From NCBI GenBank assembly GCA_001797275.1, contig MGOY01000008.1, positions 14,083 to 78,082 of the forward strand: a DNA stretch of 64,000 bases. Reading direction: 5' to 3'. Below the pieces are notes generated by a model that saw only the letters and a program-made list of their open reading frames with translations, had not been told where the DNA came from and did no database searches. The stretch's first letter is position 1. The number at the start of each line of letters is the position of its first letter. Of this stretch, positions 9,289 to 19,172 are shown piece after piece. Origin of the DNA: Clostridiales bacterium GWF2_38_85. GTDB lineage: Bacteria; Bacillota; Clostridia; Oscillospirales; CAG-382. A program made the position numbers and the translations under genes.

Positions 9289-9707
9289 AATTCACTGTAT
9301 ACTACTGCCTTTGTTTTTGAATAGATATATTTTATTATATCCTTCCGAGTTACGATACCGATGAAAACTCCTCTGTCATCGACAACAGGAACAAAGTTCT
9401 GATTAGTTGCCATTGTAATAAGTTCCTCCATACCAGTATCAATCCTGACAGGCAGGTTATCCATCTTACGTTCTATACTCATTATCGGGACTTTTTCTGC
9501 CTTTTTTATACTAAGGCTAAGTTCATTCTTGATAGTCCATAGAATATCACCTTCGGTTATGGTACCCGCATATCTGCCGTCACGATCAATAATCGGCACA
9601 GCTGAATATTTGTTATGTTCCATTTTTTCGAGTGTCTGTCTGAGGGTAAAATCGCTGTATATGTACGCAATATTATCTTTTGGCGTAAGGAACAGCAATA
9701 TATTCAT
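9270..9707 (-). CDS. CBS-pair domain protein (CbpB/YkuL-like architecture)
   Basis: Two CBS repeats in about 145 aa (SAVPIIDRDGRYAGTITEGDIL and FVPVVDDRGVFIGIVTRKDI). Start chosen at MNILLF after AAAGGA. Confidence 0.75.
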   Translation of the reverse strand: MNILLFLTPKDNIAYIYSDFTLRQTLEKMEHNKYSAVPIIDRDGRYAGTITEGDILWTIKNELSLSIKKAEKVPIMSIERKMDNLPVRIDTGMEELITMATNQNFVPVVDDRGVFIGIVTRKDIIKYIYSKTKAVVYSELKADNK

Positions 9708-9833
9708 ACTAATTAACATCCTTTCATTAGTGAACATATGGATTATAAATCGTATATTCACCCTGACTGATATAATTATATCACTTTGATAATCATATTA
9801 GGTTAATGAATTGTTAATGGTATGAAAACACAA

Positions 9834-10643
9834 TTAATTATCGTCTGTAATTATAGAATAATCACTGCCAACGACATTCGACATTATTTCTTCAAATCTT
9901 GTCTGGAAGGTAGTAGAGTAATTATTGATCAAATCAATAAGCGCGGACAGTTTAGTATTATAATCACGATATGAGGTGGTATCATTGGTATTGCTCGAAG
10001 CAGCACACTGCTCAAGAAAATATAAGGTTGCCTGAGAGAAGTCTTTTGTTTTTGTTTTTACTTCAGTAAGCATTGTTTGCAGGTCTGTATATTTCGTTTT
10101 ATAAACAGTTGTATTCTGAAGGTTATATTTCTTAAGAACATCATTAAATTTAGAAATAATAGATTCAATTGTTTTAATACAAGCATTAAGAGAAGTGTCT
10201 GACACATCTTTAAAATAAGCATATGCAGCTTCATAATCACCCATATATGCTTGAATCATCGCAGTATTCGAGGCACCGGAAGTTGGAGCATACATTGAAA
10301 CAAGAAGCAGCTGTGCATCTTTATAAAGGCTGGCTAACATCAGATCAGCTTTAGTAGTGGTAGAAGTTGATCCGGTATTGCTCCATGTTATGTAACCACG
10401 CTGTAAAACTCCGTCATAGGTTACCTTCCAACCAACTGCTTCAGCTACTGCTCGCATAGGAACATATGTAGTTCCAAAATGTTCAAAAACATCCACATCA
10501 AGTTTCTTGCCGTTGACATATAAATCAATTGAATCACGGCAGACGCTTATATCTTCGTAATTTGTGTTTAATGCAAATACCGAAAAAGACGGAATTATTA
10601 TCATTATAAGACAAATTGCAACAACAAAAACACGTTTTTTCAT
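9834..10643 (-). CDS. secreted protein with a copper amine oxidase N-terminal-like (stalk) domain
   Basis: Signal peptide MKKRVFVVAICLIMIIIPSFSVFA after GGAGG. Motif TTYVPMRAVAEAVGWKVTYD is typical of the Cu_amine_oxidN1 fold. Confidence 0.65.
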   Translation of the reverse strand: MKKRVFVVAICLIMIIIPSFSVFALNTNYEDISVCRDSIDLYVNGKKLDVDVFEHFGTTYVPMRAVAEAVGWKVTYDGVLQRGYITWSNTGSTSTTTKADLMLASLYKDAQLLLVSMYAPTSGASNTAMIQAYMGDYEAAYAYFKDVSDTSLNACIKTIESIISKFNDVLKKYNLQNTTVYKTKYTDLQTMLTEVKTKTKDFSQATLYFLEQCAASSNTNDTTSYRDYNTKLSALIDLINNYSTTFQTRFEEIMSNVVGSDYSIITDDN

Positions 10644-10697
10644 AACAACCTCCGTTTCAGACTTTAAAACGTAATCGCATTTATATACTTGCAGCAA

Positions 10698-11699
10698 TTA
10701 TGCCATTGTTGCAAGCATCTTTTGTGTAACTTCTGTGGTCAGCAGTTGACCTTTCAAGAACCTCTCTATTTCATCTGTTATATGAGCACCAATTCTAAGC
10801 TTACCGTTATTTGCAAGGCCGGCAAGATGAGGTGTCAAAATAACGTTTGAGAGTGTGCGAAGCGGATTATCCTTTACCGGTGGTTCGGGATCGGTTACAT
10901 CAAGGCAGGCATATTTCAGATTACCGTCCTTCATAAACTGGTAGAGTGCTGCTTCGTCTATAAGTGTACCTCTTGCGGTATTTATCAGAATTGCATCCTT
11001 CTTCATGAGAGCAAGGGTATCTTTGTTGAACATATGATTTGTTGCAGGGATTGAAGGTGCATGGACTGAAACTATATCGCTGGTTTTTAAAAGTGTTTCA
11101 AGGTCAGCCTTCTTAGCACCGAGTGCAGCAGCCTTTTCCTCGCTGATATAGGGGTCATAAAGCAAAACATCAACACCAAAATTTTGTATAAGCTTTATAT
11201 AATGGCTTCCTGCCCAGCCTGCACCAACAACACCGATAGTAAGATCATAAAGCTCTCTTATCTGGTCGTAGCCGTTATCGTTCCAACCGCCTGCTGCTGT
11301 ATGCTTCGACAGGTTGAAAAAGTTTTTTGAGGCTGATATTGTAAATCCAAGTGCTGTTTCAGCAACACCGATACCGAGAGGTGCAGCCGAAGAAACAACC
11401 CTGATACCTCTTGCAAAAAGCTCGTCAGATACAATTGGCTTAACGCTGCCTGCTGCATGAGCAACCAGTTTAAGGTCAGGAGCAAGGTCGAGCAGCGGTT
11501 TATCTATACTGATGTTACCCCATGAGGTTACAGCAATATCTGCACCTCTGATAGCTGCTGCGATATCATCAACCGAACAGCTGCCATAATTGAAAACAAC
11601 ATCCCCATATTCTCTTAGTCTGTCAATAGTTTTATTTGAAAACACCTGGGGACGCATACCCTCAGACATAATTAGTGCTATTTTCTTTTTCATTATCAA
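10698..11699 (-). CDS. D-isomer-specific 2-hydroxyacid dehydrogenase family protein
   Basis: GVVGAGWAGS NAD motif, plus TARGTLIDEAAL, LDVTDPEP and TPHLAG. Confidence 0.85.
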   Translation of the reverse strand: MIMKKKIALIMSEGMRPQVFSNKTIDRLREYGDVVFNYGSCSVDDIAAAIRGADIAVTSWGNISIDKPLLDLAPDLKLVAHAAGSVKPIVSDELFARGIRVVSSAAPLGIGVAETALGFTISASKNFFNLSKHTAAGGWNDNGYDQIRELYDLTIGVVGAGWAGSHYIKLIQNFGVDVLLYDPYISEEKAAALGAKKADLETLLKTSDIVSVHAPSIPATNHMFNKDTLALMKKDAILINTARGTLIDEAALYQFMKDGNLKYACLDVTDPEPPVKDNPLRTLSNVILTPHLAGLANNGKLRIGAHITDEIERFLKGQLLTTEVTQKMLATMA

Positions 11700-11795
11700 T
11701 TTTCCTTCATGTAATTTTTTTTATTTATATTTGTATACATAATACTACATTATTATTTAAAGAGCAATAGATTATACGTTTAATAAATATTTTTT

Positions 11796-13079
11796 TCACA
11801 TAAATAATGATTTATACCTGTTTTCGTTGAATAACTTAACACTGTCAACGAAAAATTTATTGTCAGTCGTAAAAGCTCCGTTTTTTGCTTCTGTATAACC
11901 ATACCCCTGCGGTAACATTTTCTTCATTTCATTCCAGTTGACATAATTCATATCACCGTTTACTTCAACACAACCGCAGTTCATGCCTTTCAACGGCTTC
12001 AATCTTGCCGCAAATTGCTTATTCCATTCAGCAAGCATTGGATTTACAGTTAAATCTGCACAAAAGCACATCGCGCCCGAAGCATATGCAGCTGCAGCCA
12101 TATCAAAGCTTGCTGTCAATGTTTTCGCAATCGGTTTCAATGCTATCGCTTTATATCCGAGTGCGAGACGAGTATTGACATCCTCAAGACTATGAGCACT
12201 TTCATCAGAAGTTACTGTTACCGGAAGGTCTGATACATTTGTTGTATCATCGAGTGAAAAAGGTTCTTCAAGAAGTACGATTCGCTTCAATGCTCCGATT
12301 CTGTCAGCAAAATTCAGAAGCTCCATAAGTCTTGATTTCTTATCATATCTGCCGTTTGCATCAAGATAATACAACACATTTCCTGATTCGCTGTAGGGTG
12401 TTGTATAATTATCGGCAAGAGTATGAATTTGCAAAAGCCTTTTCTTATCCCAATCGACCATGCTTTGCATATCCTGATCATGATTTTCGGGTTGAACGCA
12501 ATTCCCTATTTTTATTTTCAACAACGATGCTCCGTTATATAATACTTCCTTGATGCTTTCATCTCTGACATTATAACTGATAAGCGGAATCTGTACCAGC
12601 TTATCATTATGAGCTGACATCGCTTTTTTCGCATGTGCAGGTATTATATCATCAAACCCACTGGCGTTTTTTTCTTTTGCATACAGAGACCATATAGCGA
12701 AATCGATACTTACAAGCGAATTGAGAATAAATGTCGGCTTTACGTCGAAGTCACAGAGCTTCTTGGCATATTCGGCAAGAGCCGGCAAAATTTTGTTTTG
12801 TAAATCCTTTGGTGTGTTGAAATCAATACCGTCAATCAATTTCAAGGCATAAGCGGTTACTGCAAGCATCAACGCATTAGAAGCTGCAGGTGAGGTTGAA
12901 GCAAAGACATCAGCATCAGACCACAGGACACTCTGTACAGAAGGACATACTGCTGTATACTTTTCTGTTGATAGCTTAACCACAGGTTGCCAAAGCTCGT
13001 TCAGATATCTTCCTTTAAAACCAAAGGGAGCCAATAATTTTTCTCTTATAAAATCTAAATCTGTTTTTATTATACGCAT
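11796..13079 (-). CDS. enolase-superfamily enzyme, MLE subgroup (dipeptide epimerase-like)
   Basis: Ordered catalytic pattern KIKIG (KxK), YLDANGRY (D), LLEEPF (E), TSDESAH (D) and IALKPIAK (K). Adjacent to an LD-carboxypeptidase gene. Confidence 0.65.
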   Translation of the reverse strand: MRIIKTDLDFIREKLLAPFGFKGRYLNELWQPVVKLSTEKYTAVCPSVQSVLWSDADVFASTSPAASNALMLAVTAYALKLIDGIDFNTPKDLQNKILPALAEYAKKLCDFDVKPTFILNSLVSIDFAIWSLYAKEKNASGFDDIIPAHAKKAMSAHNDKLVQIPLISYNVRDESIKEVLYNGASLLKIKIGNCVQPENHDQDMQSMVDWDKKRLLQIHTLADNYTTPYSESGNVLYYLDANGRYDKKSRLMELLNFADRIGALKRIVLLEEPFSLDDTTNVSDLPVTVTSDESAHSLEDVNTRLALGYKAIALKPIAKTLTASFDMAAAAYASGAMCFCADLTVNPMLAEWNKQFAARLKPLKGMNCGCVEVNGDMNYVNWNEMKKMLPQGYGYTEAKNGAFTTDNKFFVDSVKLFNENRYKSLFM

Positions 13080-13087
13080 TACTTAAA

Positions 13088-13990
13088 TTAAGGTAAAAAC
13101 CTTAACTCCTCATTATTTGCATCAAGTCGGGCTTTCATTCCTATTGGAAAAATCGCATTATTGCTTTCATGTCCGAAATCGTTGCATTTTACTATCGGTA
13201 TTTTATGTTTTGCTCCAAATCTTTTCAGTATTTCGATAATTTCACTTTGCTCATCATTAGAATACTGACCGAAAATCAATCCGGTTACATTTGTAAACAG
13301 ATCACTCTGTTCGATATGTGAAATATATCTGCTGACTGCCGCAGGAATGCTGAACCAGCGATGATCCTCAAGGAACAGAATGTATTTTTGGTTCAAATCA
13401 AGCTTCATATATCTGCTGCCTGTCAGCAGAGCAACATTCTGTGTATATCCACCGACCATAATACCTTCGGCAACACCGTTGTTAATAACTGTCCAACTAT
13501 CGGATTTCAAATAATCGTTGTCGGAGGTCATAAGTCTTTTATTGAAATGCCAGAGATTGAATTCGGTAATCGGTGTAAATGTTCTCGGAGTCTGTCCGTG
13601 ATAGGTAACAATTTTGCAATTAGCGGTAATTGCGTTCAATATTGAGGTCCCATCGCTGTATGAACAGTATATTTTCGGATTTTTTCTTGCAGTTTTATAA
13701 TCTATGAGAGGAAGAATTTCGTTGCCCACTTCCCCACCGCCAAAGAAAACCATCCTGACTTCGTTATCATATATCATTGCATTAAAATCCGCAGCGCGTT
13801 CTTCTGCTGTTGCTGCATAACCGATTGTCGGTTTGTAGACGAAATTACCAAGCTTAACCCTGAAACCCTGTTCTTTTATTATATCAACAGCAGGTTCAAG
13901 CTTATCGGCTGTTTTAACATCGCAGGGCAAAACAATACCTATTATATCACCTTTTTTTAATCTAAGCGGAATAATATTATTTATATACAT
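13088..13990 (-). CDS. LD-carboxypeptidase (peptidase S66, LdcA/MccF-like)
   Basis: CSYSDGTSILNAI nucleophile region and C-terminal FGHESNNAIFPIG. The start overlaps the proS stop (TGATG). Confidence 0.8.
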   Translation of the reverse strand: MYINNIIPLRLKKGDIIGIVLPCDVKTADKLEPAVDIIKEQGFRVKLGNFVYKPTIGYAATAEERAADFNAMIYDNEVRMVFFGGGEVGNEILPLIDYKTARKNPKIYCSYSDGTSILNAITANCKIVTYHGQTPRTFTPITEFNLWHFNKRLMTSDNDYLKSDSWTVINNGVAEGIMVGGYTQNVALLTGSRYMKLDLNQKYILFLEDHRWFSIPAAVSRYISHIEQSDLFTNVTGLIFGQYSNDEQSEIIEILKRFGAKHKIPIVKCNDFGHESNNAIFPIGMKARLDANNEELRFLP

Positions 13991-15426
13991 CAATATGCCT
14001 TGCCCCAATATACCAGTTTATCAGCTGGTTTACCGCAACAAATGCATTTGTCAGTTATCGGCTCTTCATCAAATGGTATATTTCGAGATGTCATGTCTGC
14101 AACCTCTTTAATTTTTTCTTCGCATTCCCTATTTCCGCACCACATTGCTTTAAAGAAACCGTTCTTCTCAGCACCTATAGTACTAAGCTCCTCAAGCGTC
14201 TTTGCTTCGTAGGTCATATCAGCTCTTCTTGCGAGTGCTTTTTCATATAATGAGTTGTGTATGGATTCAAGAAGTTCAGATATAGTCTGTTCAAGGTTTT
14301 CAAGCTTGACAAACAGCTTTTCTCTTGTATCGCGTCGTACAAGCACACATTGACCGTTTTCTATATCCTTCGGTCCTATTTCCAGACGAACTGGAATACC
14401 GCGCATCTCGTGCTGAGAGAACTTCCAACCTGCGCTGTTTTCCGATACATCAAGCTCGACTCTGAATTTTTCCTTAAGGCTATTATACAACTCTGTTGCT
14501 TTTTCGACAACACCCTCTTTATGCTGTGCGATAGGAACGATGACAAGCTGTGTCGGTGCGATATATGGCGGTAAAACAAGTCCGCTGTTATCGCCATGGA
14601 CCATAATAACTGCACCGATTATACGGGTCGAAACACCCCATGAGGTTTGGTGGCAATATTGAAGCTTGTTTTCCTTATCAAGATATTGTATATCAAATGC
14701 TTTTGCAAAGCCGGTACCGAAGTTGTGGCTTGTACCCGCCTGCAGTGATTTGCCGTCGTGCATTAATGCTTCTATCGAATAGGTTGCCAATGCACCGGCA
14801 AATTTTTCTATATCTGTTTTTCTGCCCATTATAACAGGCATAGCAAGATATCTCTTGCTGAAGTCTGCATAAACACCAAGCATCTTGATTGTTTCTTCAT
14901 GCGCTTCCTCTGCGGTTGCATGCATTGTATGACCTTCCTGCCATAGGAATTCTCGGCTTCTGAGGAAGGGACGGGTGGTCTTTTCCCAGCGAACAACCGA
15001 ACACCATTGGTTGTAAAGCTTGGGAAGGTCGCGGTAAGACTTAATGATATTTGCGTAATGATCGCAGAACAAGGTTTCACTTGTCGGTCTGACGCAAAGC
15101 CTTTCTGCAAGCTCCTCGCTGCCGCCGTGCGTTACCCAGGCAACCTCCGGTGCAAAACCTGCGACATGCTCCTTTTCTTTATTTAACAGACTTTCGGGTA
15201 TGAACATCGGCATATAGACATTGCAATGTCCGGTTGCCTTGAACATTCCGTCAAGAACATTCTGTATATTTTCCCATAAAGCGTAACCGTAGGGACGGAT
15301 TATCATGCAACCTTTTACACCTGAATAATCAATAAGATCGGCGTTCTTAACTATATCAGTATACCATTTTGCGAAATCTTCGTCCATCGATGTTATCGCT
15401 TCGACAAGCTTCTTATTATCAGCCAT
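13990..15426 (-). CDS. proS: proline--tRNA ligase (short archaeal/eukaryote-like type without an INS domain)
   Basis: 478 aa, with [22 protein letters not shown] and a C-terminal Cys cluster [18 protein letters not shown]. Confidence 0.95.
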   Translation of the reverse strand: MADNKKLVEAITSMDEDFAKWYTDIVKNADLIDYSGVKGCMIIRPYGYALWENIQNVLDGMFKATGHCNVYMPMFIPESLLNKEKEHVAGFAPEVAWVTHGGSEELAERLCVRPTSETLFCDHYANIIKSYRDLPKLYNQWCSVVRWEKTTRPFLRSREFLWQEGHTMHATAEEAHEETIKMLGVYADFSKRYLAMPVIMGRKTDIEKFAGALATYSIEALMHDGKSLQAGTSHNFGTGFAKAFDIQYLDKENKLQYCHQTSWGVSTRIIGAVIMVHGDNSGLVLPPYIAPTQLVIVPIAQHKEGVVEKATELYNSLKEKFRVELDVSENSAGWKFSQHEMRGIPVRLEIGPKDIENGQCVLVRRDTREKLFVKLENLEQTISELLESIHNSLYEKALARRADMTYEAKTLEELSTIGAEKNGFFKAMWCGNRECEEKIKEVADMTSRNIPFDEEPITDKCICCGKPADKLVYWGKAY

Positions 15427-15519
15427 AAAAATACTCCTTCAAAATCATAATAACTCAATATATAATATCACCAGAACCTTGCTATTGTCAAGCAATATTT
15501 AATAATAGGAATTTTATGA

Positions 15520-15548
15520 TTGCAAAATTCAGATTTATAGTGTATAAT
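15520..15548 (+). promoter_or_regulatory. sigma-A-type promoter for the surface protein gene
   Basis: TTGCAA (15520-15525), 17-nt spacer, then TATAAT (15543-15548) preceded by an upstream TG. Confidence 0.6.
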
Positions 15549-15604
15549 ATGTTTTGTTAAAATAAAATAATTTTCTCCTGAAAAATGAAAGGAATGTTCT
15601 GAAA

Positions 15605-18600
15605 ATGAAAGTAAGATTCACAAAAAAAATTTTTGCGTATATTCTATGTATGCTACTATTAATATTACAAATCGCCCCTATAATGGTTTTTGCTGAAACT
15701 TCGGATAATTCAGATGCTGTATCACAAGCGGAATCGACTTCAGTTTCTGATTTTACTCAGCTTGCGGCTGCAATTACTGCAGGTGACAAAAATATTATTC
15801 TTACCTCAGATATTACCTGTACTTCGGTTATGACAATATCGGATGCTGCTGCTATAACAATATCAGGTGATTTTAAATTAATAACTCCTTCCTTTAACGG
15901 AAACGGAATTGTTATATTAGATATTCCCTGCGCAACACTGACCGTTTCGGGCAATGCGGTTATAACTGCAAACAAAAGTATTATCGCCGAATCGTCAGGT
16001 TATGGTGTTAAAGCAAGCGGGAGCGCAAAGCTGACTGTTAATTCAAATGTACAGGGCTTTAACGGTGGCAACGGTGTTGAGATCTCCGACAGTGCTAATG
16101 TAACAATAAACGGTAATGTTGCAGGTGGTAATTCTGATGCTGTCAAGGGTGGGAGCGGTGCTGTTCTGATCTCCGGGAAACTCACGATTACAGGTGCAGT
16201 TACGGGCGGCAGCGGTGTAACCGGTGGTGGAAATGGTATAGAGCTTACAAAGGGTATCCTTTCGGTTACTGGAAATATAACCGGTGGTTCAATCATTTTA
16301 AATGATAACACAAGCGATACAGCAAACGGTGGCACCGGATTATTATATAAAGGTACTAACGTCAGCGAAGTCAATGCAACAATAATTGGCAACCTTACAG
16401 GCGGCAGCAGTTCAATCAATAACGGCGGCGCAGGAATATCCTGTGTTACTCATCGTTTCAGTCTGAGCGTCAGCGGTAGTGTTACCGGCGGTAGCGGCGA
16501 AAAGATTGGCGGTAATGGTATTGAACTATATTACGGTAGCCAGGTTTTGACAGCATCAACTGTTTCAGGTGGCAACGGTATTACCAGAAAAGGTGCTAAT
16601 TTCTTTGATAAAACAAACGGTGATGTATTTGGCGATTATGCTAATAATACAAATATTAATATTCCCACATACAGCGGTTCCGAAATGCATCTTATAAGCG
16701 GTAAAAAGACAGACAGTTCATTGAGAAATTTAGTTTTTGCTGCATATGACTTCACAATTAAAGGTCAATTCGGCAAAGAAACCGGAGTTGGTACGTTTAA
16801 GCTCCAACAATCTCCCGATACAACCGGAATTAACTGGGGACTTGAAGCAGATGAAGCTGTTTTTGAAGAATATAAATTTGATATAGCAGACTCTGCTGTT
16901 TCAGTTACATACACAAATTCAACTTTATTAAATAAAGAAATCAGAATTCTTGCTTATACCAACGGATCAGTAAGTGAAGTCTGGAGCGGTACTCTTTCTT
17001 CAGCTGTAACACTTGAGAATGTTGTTGATGGAAGTTATTTCGCAATCATTCATGAAAAAGTGATTGTTACATATAAAGTTACTACATCAGCGAGCAACAA
17101 CGGAACTATCACGCCGAGTGGCGAAACTGTTGTTAATGCCGGAGATACTTTCTCTTTCACAATAACCCCGAGTTCCGGTTACCAGATTGATAAGCTAATT
17201 GTTAATGACAAAGAACAGGCAACAAATGGATCTACAAGTTTTACAATACCCAATATAAAGTCCAATATTACAATCAGTGTTACATTCAAGAAAATCGCTA
17301 CAGCAAAAGTCAATGTAACTGTTACAAGCGGTTCCGGCGGCGTAATATTACCAAACGGTGTTATTTCAGTTAATGTTGGCAGTAACCTCACCTTTACACT
17401 AACCCCTGAGGTCGGATATACTGTCGATAAATTCACTGTAAACGGTACAGCAGTAACAGTAAGTAATAATCAGTTTACTCTTTCTAACATTACAACAGAT
17501 ACCACCGTAAAAGCAACATTCAAAAAAACAGATGCCAAATTCACTGTTACCGCTACCGCAGGTTCCGGAGGAAGCATTTCTCCCGCAGTCGAACAAACAA
17601 TCATTTACGGCGACAGCGTTACATTCAATATAACCCCAGAACTTGGTTTCATAATCAATAAACTCTATCTCGACGGAAATATTGTTATGTCAAATAATAA
17701 CAAATATACTATAACAAATATAACTGCAAATCATACCATTGAGGTTACTTTTATTTCTGAGGATTCGGAAGATGCAATGATAAAACCTGAGGATATTGAT
17801 TGGTCAGCACAAAATATAAAAATTGATCTGACTGATTTCACAAGAGTATCTGCCGATGTTATAAGCAGAATCGTCGACCAGTATTCAACAAAAGAAATAG
17901 CATTTGCAACCCTTCAATATGAAATAGTTTTTGCTCCGCATACAATGTCTAAAATTTCGGAGAATTATGTTGATTTCGGTCTCATTATAGATAATTCTGA
18001 GAATCAGGATAAACTCGCAGAAATAGGAGCAGGTAAATATGTAAAAACATTATCCTTTTCAAACTCCGTTACTTATTTACCGGCACAAGCTTCTATAAAA
18101 ATTTATATCGGGAATCAATATATAGGAAGAGATTTCAATATCTATAAATTCGATATATCATCGATGCAATTCGTGCAAATGTCTGTCAATACTATTGATG
18201 TCGGTGGTTATGCAACAATTACAACCTCGTCTCCCTCTGAATTCGCGATTATTACTGAACTTGTCGAACAGAAGTACACAATAACCGCTTCTGCCGGTAT
18301 GAACGGTTCTATTGCGCCGGTCGGTGAAACTGAATATGCTGAAAATTCCACCCCTGAATACACATTTACACCGAATAACGGTTATGTTATTGAGAAAGTT
18401 ATGGTTGACGGAACCGAAATTTCTGTAACCGAAAATACCTATACATTTGAAGCATTGAATGCCAATCATACCATCGAGGTTTCCTTCGAACAAGAATCAA
18501 CCTCAATACCTGAACCAACACAAAAGACAAACGCAGGTATGGTTGTTCTGATTATATTCCTTGTAGTTATATTATTGTGTGCAGTTGCATTTGTAGTGCT

Positions 18601-18643
18601 GTATAAAATGGGTATAATCAAAATAAAAGGACCAAAATTCTAA
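15605..18643 (+). CDS. large cell-surface protein with Gly-rich beta-helix-like repeats, four InlB B-repeat-like modules and a C-terminal TM anchor
   Basis: Signal peptide. Residues about 100-335 carry reiterated TGGSG/GGNGIEL units. There are four modules of about 75 aa (..GSISP..V.YG..VTF.ITP..GY.I.K..VDG......N.YT..NI.ANHTIEVTF). The C-terminal TM segment is AGMVVLIIFLVVILLCAVAFVVLY, and there is no LPXTG. Confidence 0.8.
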   Translation: MKVRFTKKIFAYILCMLLLILQIAPIMVFAETSDNSDAVSQAESTSVSDFTQLAAAITAGDKNIILTSDITCTSVMTISDAAAITISGDFKLITPSFNGNGIVILDIPCATLTVSGNAVITANKSIIAESSGYGVKASGSAKLTVNSNVQGFNGGNGVEISDSANVTINGNVAGGNSDAVKGGSGAVLISGKLTITGAVTGGSGVTGGGNGIELTKGILSVTGNITGGSIILNDNTSDTANGGTGLLYKGTNVSEVNATIIGNLTGGSSSINNGGAGISCVTHRFSLSVSGSVTGGSGEKIGGNGIELYYGSQVLTASTVSGGNGITRKGANFFDKTNGDVFGDYANNTNINIPTYSGSEMHLISGKKTDSSLRNLVFAAYDFTIKGQFGKETGVGTFKLQQSPDTTGINWGLEADEAVFEEYKFDIADSAVSVTYTNSTLLNKEIRILAYTNGSVSEVWSGTLSSAVTLENVVDGSYFAIIHEKVIVTYKVTTSASNNGTITPSGETVVNAGDTFSFTITPSSGYQIDKLIVNDKEQATNGSTSFTIPNIKSNITISVTFKKIATAKVNVTVTSGSGGVILPNGVISVNVGSNLTFTLTPEVGYTVDKFTVNGTAVTVSNNQFTLSNITTDTTVKATFKKTDAKFTVTATAGSGGSISPAVEQTIIYGDSVTFNITPELGFIINKLYLDGNIVMSNNNKYTITNITANHTIEVTFISEDSEDAMIKPEDIDWSAQNIKIDLTDFTRVSADVISRIVDQYSTKEIAFATLQYEIVFAPHTMSKISENYVDFGLIIDNSENQDKLAEIGAGKYVKTLSFSNSVTYLPAQASIKIYIGNQYIGRDFNIYKFDISSMQFVQMSVNTIDVGGYATITTSSPSEFAIITELVEQKYTITASAGMNGSIAPVGETEYAENSTPEYTFTPNNGYVIEKVMVDGTEISVTENTYTFEALNANHTIEVSFEQESTSIPEPTQKTNAGMVVLIIFLVVILLCAVAFVVLYKMGIIKIKGPKF
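17066..17755 (+). repeat. three tandem divergent coding repeats of about 225 bp (InlB B-repeat-like modules); a fourth copy lies at 18269-18490
   Basis: Protein-level periodicity at aa 488-717 and 889-962 of the 15605-18643 product. Confidence 0.75.
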
Positions 18644-18672
18644 AATTCAGAAAGGGTAAAATAAATTTTACG

Positions 18673-19119
18673 ATGAAAAAAATAATTACCGTTGTATTAT
18701 TGGCAACCCTATTATTTAATTTTTTGGGATGTGAATTCAGCCGGAACGAATCTTCATCCCCAAACAGTGATACATCCACCATTTCGGAAATAGTATCTGA
18801 AATTTCTGAAAACACTCAGCCAGCGCTTCAATGGCCAACTGACAATGAATTTGTTTCTATTCTTCCGCCTTTCAATGGAGGGAAAATAGTTGAAATCAAT
18901 CAAAAAACCAATTCTGTTTTAATAACAATAGTAAATGTTGAACGTGCAGCTTTTGAAATGTATGTAACTGCTTTAAAGGGATATTCATTTACTGATGTTG
19001 CTTTTGAAAACGAGGATTTATACTCAGCAGTAAAACCCGATTCCGAAAAAGAAGAGGGTGTTACTGTCCGCTATTATAACGATACTTCGACAATGACTAT
19101 AGATGTATCAATCAAATAA
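18673..19119 (+). CDS. hypothetical lipoprotein
   Basis: Lipobox MKKIITVVLLATLLFNFLGC. No family recognised. Confidence 0.6.
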   Translation: MKKIITVVLLATLLFNFLGCEFSRNESSSPNSDTSTISEIVSEISENTQPALQWPTDNEFVSILPPFNGGKIVEINQKTNSVLITIVNVERAAFEMYVTALKGYSFTDVAFENEDLYSAVKPDSEKEEGVTVRYYNDTSTMTIDVSIK

Positions 19120-19150
19120 AAAAATGCCGCAGGATTTCTGCGGCATTTTT
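19119..19150 (+). terminator. intrinsic terminator (bidirectional shape)
   Basis: ATGCCGCAG(N5)CTGCGGCAT followed by TTTTT. Confidence 0.8.
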
Positions 19151-19172
19151 AAGTAAATTAAGGAGAAAGTAT

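Noticed and set aside
15427-15604. Possible T-box leader upstream of proS (and likewise upstream of metG at 58911)
   Set aside because: The proS upstream region is only about 180 nt, AT-rich, and lacks the T-box sequence and specifier architecture. metG overlaps the preceding gene and so has no leader.
16000-16419. 139-aa Pro/Thr/Val-rich minus-strand ORF inside the surface protein gene
   Set aside because: It is the antisense shadow of GGT/GGC-rich glycine repeats. It has no SD and no independent signal.
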